In this document: piece by piece, positions 59,135 through 64,000 of the stretch | Layout: each line of letters opens with the position of its first letter | Numbering within the stretch: position 1 is the first letter of the stretch | Assembly: GCA_021846685.1 (NCBI GenBank) | Contig: JAJZWL010000005.1 | Coordinates: forward strand, 4,722-68,721 | Direction: 5' to 3' | Length of the DNA stretch: 64,000 nucleotides | Source of the DNA: a bacterium | Lineage (GTDB): Bacteria; Patescibacteriota; Dojkabacteria; JAKAPS01; JAJZLI01 | The notes under the pieces: model-generated | Databases searched by the model: none | What the model was told of the DNA's origin: nothing | What the model saw: only the letters and a program-made list of their open reading frames with translations | Made by a program: the position numbers and the translations under genes

Positions 59135-61191
59135 AGATTAAAAAAATTACAGTATATAATTTCAGGCAAATTGAGAAAAAAGAATATTCTTTTAAAGATG
59201 GAATTAACGTTGTATCTGGGCCAAATGAATCTGGGAAAACAACTCTTTTTCATATTATTCTTTCAGTTTTATTTGATAACCCAAAGAAAATCAGGAAATC
59301 CCTTTTAGATACATATAGACCATGGAATAAAGATATATATCCTGTAATAGATGCTGTTTTGGAGAAGGATAATGTTGAATATAATATACATAAGGATTTT
59401 AATACTAAAAAAATAACTCTTAATGGTGAGAATTTAGAAAATTTTGATAAATTTAGTCTTGATTTTATGGGTTTAGATATAAATGTATTTAAAAAACTTT
59501 CTTGTGTATATCAAAATCAAATATCTGCAATTGAAGAAGATTCGAAAGCATTAGAAAAATCAGTATTAGATATAGTATCTTCAACTACCACAACAGGTCT
59601 AAATGTATTAGATGCAATATCAAAAGTATCTAAAAAGCTTCAAAATATGAAGTTGGGAGTAGATAGAATATCTAAGAATATTGGTATTATTAAATCTTTA
59701 GAGATTGATATAACTAATTTAGAGGAAAAACTAAAAATATTAAAAGAAGATTTTTCTTCTCATTCAACTCAAGTATCTGAGTTAGAAAAAATGAAAAAGG
59801 AAAAAGAAGATTTAGATAAAAAATTTAATGAAAATAAAATCTTTATAGATAATGTTAAAAAATCAAAAGAATTAGACACTTCGTTAAAGGAAATTACCAG
59901 TAAAATGAAAGATATAGATCTTAAAATTAATAGACTTAATAAGCTATATTCAGACTTAGATAGGGTTAAAAAAGAATTCTCTTTAAAAGAATTTGAAAAT
60001 ATGAATCTAATGCAAAATGAAATTCTAAATTTGAGAAATAGTATAGAATTAAGAGAGAAGGACTTAAAAGACGTATCTAGTAAGAAAGAGGAGATTGATA
60101 AAATGGGGTTAAAACCTATTAGAAAAAACTCAGCTATTGTATATATTGTGAGTATTATATTATTTGCAGGCACTATTGTGACAGCATTTTTTGGATACTA
60201 TCTTGTAGTATCTATTTTTATAGATATAATTTTTATTGGATTGTATCTTAGGTTTGTTGATTATAATAGATTAGAAAATTTTGAAAATCCAGCAATAGAC
60301 AGTGTTACTCAAATAGATAATGAGATAAAAGGATATAAAACTACTCTTTCAGGTATTTTGAACTCTTTTGGAGTTTCATCTATAGATGATTTTTTCAGAA
60401 AAAAAACTAGCTTCCTCTCTTCAAAAGAAGAATTATTGAAAATTGAATCTACTATTAAAGGTATTTTAGGTAAAGATACTCTTGATACTTTAGAAGGTCA
60501 GATATCTGAGTTATCTGTACAAAAAAGGGATTTAAACACTGAGCTTACTGATGAATTGAAAGATTCTATATCAATTGATCCAATTTTATTAAATAGAAAG
60601 AGGATAGAAAATGAGGAATTAGATCTAGATTTATTTTCTTTGAATGAAGAGATAATTTCTTTGGAATCTAGAATTTCTGATACTAGTGTATCAAATGAAG
60701 ATATTGAGCAATTAGAAATTAACATTAAAAGTAAAAAAGAGGAGAAAGAATTTTATATAAGAAGAATGAAAATATTAGAAATTGTTGAAAAAAATCTTAA
60801 AATTGCTAAGGATAGCACTATTGAAAATATTTCTGTGGATTTAAACAAATTAGGGAGTGAGTGGATTAGTAAGATTACTGAAGGTAAATATACTAAATTA
60901 GATATAGTTAACAATGAAAAGATAAGTGTATTAGATCCTAGTATAAATAAATTTTTAAGTGCAGAAGATTTTCTTTCAACAGGATTAATGGATCAGATTT
61001 ATTTGTTATCAAGGCTTTCGATTTTACATATTGTGTTAAATAATAAATCGACTATAATGATGTTTGATGATCCATTTATTAATTTTGATAAAGAAAGGTT
61101 AGATAAGACAATTGATCTTCTAAAGTATTTTTCCAAAACTAATCAAATATTCTTGTTTACATGTCATAATTTTTTTTCTGATTTGATATGA
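59131..61191 (+). CDS. SbcC/Rad50/YhaN-like SMC ATPase with two central TM helices
   Basis: GPNESGKTT Walker A, long coiled coils, central hydrophobic hairpin, LSTG signature, MMFDDPF Walker B, FTCH. Confidence 0.88.
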   Translation: MKIKKITVYNFRQIEKKEYSFKDGINVVSGPNESGKTTLFHIILSVLFDNPKKIRKSLLDTYRPWNKDIYPVIDAVLEKDNVEYNIHKDFNTKKITLNGENLENFDKFSLDFMGLDINVFKKLSCVYQNQISAIEEDSKALEKSVLDIVSSTTTTGLNVLDAISKVSKKLQNMKLGVDRISKNIGIIKSLEIDITNLEEKLKILKEDFSSHSTQVSELEKMKKEKEDLDKKFNENKIFIDNVKKSKELDTSLKEITSKMKDIDLKINRLNKLYSDLDRVKKEFSLKEFENMNLMQNEILNLRNSIELREKDLKDVSSKKEEIDKMGLKPIRKNSAIVYIVSIILFAGTIVTAFFGYYLVVSIFIDIIFIGLYLRFVDYNRLENFENPAIDSVTQIDNEIKGYKTTLSGILNSFGVSSIDDFFRKKTSFLSSKEELLKIESTIKGILGKDTLDTLEGQISELSVQKRDLNTELTDELKDSISIDPILLNRKRIENEELDLDLFSLNEEIISLESRISDTSVSNEDIEQLEINIKSKKEEKEFYIRRMKILEIVEKNLKIAKDSTIENISVDLNKLGSEWISKITEGKYTKLDIVNNEKISVLDPSINKFLSAEDFLSTGLMDQIYLLSRLSILHIVLNNKSTIMMFDDPFINFDKERLDKTIDLLKYFSKTNQIFLFTCHNFFSDLI

Positions 61192-63038
61192 TTATATTAA
61201 AGAGATTTTATATTTATATACTTTTGTTTTTTGTATTTTTACTAATTTCTGCAAAGATTTTATTAGCGCAGAGTGTAAGTACTGTTAATGGGTATAATTC
61301 TCAAATAAATCAAGATAATCAAAAAATACAGCAATTGCAACAACAGGAGACTGCCTTAAAAAACTCAATGAATTCTCAAATTTCAAATAAGAATAGTATT
61401 TTATCTAATTTATATAATATTAATTCTAATATATATACTTATGAGAATAATATAGGGAAGATAAGGACATTAATAGCCAACTTAGATTCATTAAATATAA
61501 AAAATCAACAAAAAGTTAAAAAAGATATTAAGATAAAAAATAAAATAGAAAATTCTATATATATTAATTTACAGATAAATCCGTTGTACTATATTATTTC
61601 TTCTGCAGATTTTAATAAAGCTATTGTGAATATATATCTTAATTTATCTCAATTTTCTTCATATAAGTCAAAAATATTAGCCATTAATAAGGAGATAAAT
61701 AGTATAAATGTTAATCTTTCAAAACAAAAAAACTTTGAATCTCAACTTGTTGTAGAAGAAAATAGTCTTAAGCCAATACAAGAAAGTTTATATTCAAAGT
61801 TAAATAGTACTAATAATGCAATAAATAATACTAATAATTCAATAAATCAAGTTGGCGGGAAAATATCTTCATTACAGCAAGATATTCAAAAATTAAATAA
61901 TTTGGAAGCTTTAGCACAAGCAAAAGCTTCTTCTCAGAATAATGCAGCTCCACCTCCAGAAGTTAATAATCCTAAGCCAGCATCTTCTGCCAATACTAGT
62001 CCGAATACTTTCCAATTTACTTCATATGGCTTCGGTAATCCTATGGGAATGTCTCAATATGGGATGTTAGGTATGGCTCAAAAAGGATATAATTATTCTC
62101 AAATTGCTACTAATTATTATCAAGGGAGCTCTTTATCTACTATATCTAATTTAGATAATACAACAGTAAATGTCCCAGGTTATGGTAATATGACATTACA
62201 GCATTATTTGGCAGGAATAGGGGAAGTCATTAATTCTTGGCCAAAACAAGCAATTGAAGCTCAAATAGTAATATCAAGAAGTTATGTCTTGTTTTACTTA
62301 GATCATTGTTCTGACTATAGTTCTTGTACACCTACAATGCCAACCTCAACAAATATTCCATCCACTGGGCCTTCTTTTCAACAGTATGATGGAGGAACTG
62401 CTAAGATGAGTGCTGTTGTAGCCACTGAAAATCAGGTATTAACATATAATGGATCATTAATAAATGCATTTTTTTCTTCTTCAAATGGAGGTTATGAAGA
62501 CAGTATAGGTACAGTGGAATGTGTTTTATGGAATAATTGTAATTATAATTCTTTTTTGTCAAATTATCTTAAGGGGAAAGTAGATCAGTTTGATACTCCT
62601 AGTATAGATCCTAATTATCAATATACTAATCCTCCTATGAATACTATTCAGCTTATTAATATTGTGAATACAGCACAAGCTTTATGTGCTGGAGTAAGTT
62701 CATGTTACTTATTTAATAATAATAATGGATCTTCTTCTTTTGATAATGCTTATTCTACAGACAATAGTAATACTAATAGTAATAACTCAACAAATGATAC
62801 ATTTACCAATATTAATAAATTCCTTACATCAAATGGTATATCTCCTATAAATTCAATAACTAATTTTTCAATATCTACAATGGGACAAATGCCTTATAAA
62901 ATAAACGTAAAAAGTCTTCATCACAATATAACTATTAATGCTGGAGTTTTTTGGTTAGCATTTCTATTAGTATCTCCTAACTATTCAAATTTTAATGATG
63001 ATTTAGTAGGATTTAGATACACAGTTAGTATACAATGA
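61188..63038 (+). CDS. Secreted coiled-coil protein with a SpoIID/LytB lytic transglycosylase domain
   Basis: Signal peptide, PcsB-like coiled coil, GMSQYG...Y.QI...YY, YLAGIGEV..SWP..AIEAQ...SRSY, FQQY, AFFSSSNGG. Confidence 0.82.
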   Translation: MIILKRFYIYILLFFVFLLISAKILLAQSVSTVNGYNSQINQDNQKIQQLQQQETALKNSMNSQISNKNSILSNLYNINSNIYTYENNIGKIRTLIANLDSLNIKNQQKVKKDIKIKNKIENSIYINLQINPLYYIISSADFNKAIVNIYLNLSQFSSYKSKILAINKEINSINVNLSKQKNFESQLVVEENSLKPIQESLYSKLNSTNNAINNTNNSINQVGGKISSLQQDIQKLNNLEALAQAKASSQNNAAPPPEVNNPKPASSANTSPNTFQFTSYGFGNPMGMSQYGMLGMAQKGYNYSQIATNYYQGSSLSTISNLDNTTVNVPGYGNMTLQHYLAGIGEVINSWPKQAIEAQIVISRSYVLFYLDHCSDYSSCTPTMPTSTNIPSTGPSFQQYDGGTAKMSAVVATENQVLTYNGSLINAFFSSSNGGYEDSIGTVECVLWNNCNYNSFLSNYLKGKVDQFDTPSIDPNYQYTNPPMNTIQLINIVNTAQALCAGVSSCYLFNNNNGSSSFDNAYSTDNSNTNSNNSTNDTFTNINKFLTSNGISPINSITNFSISTMGQMPYKINVKSLHHNITINAGVFWLAFLLVSPNYSNFNDDLVGFRYTVSIQ

Positions 63039-63081
63039 TATATGTAATTGATTTCTTAAATATGTTATTATTCTATTTACA

Positions 63082-64000
63082 ATGAAGCTTGATGTTAGTA
63101 TAAGTAATTATATACCTAAAAATAATAGCAAAAAAAACTTTTCACATGTTTATATGCATGTACCAGAAAGTGAGGAATTATTAGAGGTAAGAGGAAAATT
63201 GTTTTCTGCTATTAATGTTACTAGTAAAGAAGATATTGAGCTTGTAGATATAATTAATGAATTCTTAGATGATCTAGAAGCAGAATATTTTTCTGATGAA
63301 GTTTCCAGTATTGTTAATATATTAGATAAATCAATTACAGATGCATATGAAAGATTATCAAAAAAAATAGTTGAATTGAATCTTACTTCAAATGTAGATT
63401 TTAATGTAGGATGCTTTGTACTCTGGGGTGATATAGCATATATGGCAAGAATCGGGAATTCTAGTATTTGCCTATACAGAGAATCAAAATTAATGAATCT
63501 GTCTGAACATCTTCTTGCAGTAGGAACTAGTATTGTATCTACTGCAAGTGGTTATGCAAAAGATGGAGATGTTTTTTTACTTTCTACTTCAAATATAAGT
63601 CGTGAGTTATCAGATAATCAAATAAAAGAAATTTGTGAAAAAAATCAAGAAGATATTAATAAATTAGATTTAGGAGATAAGAATATATCTTTTCTGTCCA
63701 TGAAAATTGAGGCTACAGGGAATGAAGTGGTAGATGAAGTGTTAAAAGAAGATACTCTTGAAGAAACCATCAATAATAGTGAATCAATCACTAATAATAA
63801 TAATGATGAAGAGGTATTAGATGAAAAAAATATAAAACAAGAGACTCCTCATATGGCTGAAGATGTATTAGAAGAGGATGTTGTTAATAATCATGTAGAG
63901 GAAAAAGGAACTTTTATAAAAAATTCTCTTAATGACTTTGATCTTAAGGGGAATACAAAAAAAGCATATTCGTATATAATAGATACAACAAAAGATGCTT
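63082..64000 (+). CDS. Partial CDS running off the right edge: PP2C/PPM phosphatase-like N-terminal domain followed by an acidic linker
   Basis: Not in the ORF track because no stop lies inside the window. MKLDVSISNY...RGKLF...VLWGDIAYMARIGNSSICLYRE...SGYAKDGDVFLLST. Confidence 0.7.
   Translation, partial: MKLDVSISNYIPKNNSKKNFSHVYMHVPESEELLEVRGKLFSAINVTSKEDIELVDIINEFLDDLEAEYFSDEVSSIVNILDKSITDAYERLSKKIVELNLTSNVDFNVGCFVLWGDIAYMARIGNSSICLYRESKLMNLSEHLLAVGTSIVSTASGYAKDGDVFLLSTSNISRELSDNQIKEICEKNQEDINKLDLGDKNISFLSMKIEATGNEVVDEVLKEDTLEETINNSESITNNNNDEEVLDEKNIKQETPHMAEDVLEEDVVNNHVEEKGTFIKNSLNDFDLKGNTKKAYSYIIDTTKDA

Noticed and set aside
3159-60725. Short ORFs nested in or antisense to clear genes, e.g. 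3159-3377, 5774-6022, 11535-11771, 33898-34326, 36870-37151, 48079-48261, 59769-60173
   Set aside because: They overlap well-supported genes and have shadow-like composition with no motifs.

Overview
Very AT-rich bacterial chromosome segment read with genetic code 11. The gene content points to a Patescibacteria (CPR) cell, probably Microgenomates/WWE3-like; this is inferred from the DUF5663-like protein, the tandem VirB2/TrbC-type pilins, the VirD4-like ATPase next to a Replic_Relax gene, and many orphan proteins. Main contents: (1) a dispersed surface-glycan region with long-form RmlA, about 12 GT2/GT4/GT-C glycosyltransferases, a methyltransferase-coiled-coil-GT2 protein and MurJ; (2) an operon of secreted enzymes in which an S8 protease and a GH18 hydrolase share a six-repeat C-terminal domain of Acidimicrobiia-like type; (3) two toxin-antitoxin pairs, a divergent AbrB/PIN pair and DUF6922/AbiEii; (4) a decayed accessory islet bounded by direct repeats, with KTSC, RhuM-fragment and PD-(D/E)XK pseudogene content; (5) groES-groEL and hsp20 with CIRCE-like operators; (6) DNA-processing genes: a UvrD-nuclease fusion, an SbcCD/YhaON-like pair and an AAA_14 ATPase; (7) an array of seven T4SS-type pilin genes, preceded by a recombination scar that repeats the 3' end of the upstream helicase-nuclease gene. 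I saw no rRNA, tRNA, CRISPR array or intact transposase. All family assignments come from motif recognition by eye, not database searches.
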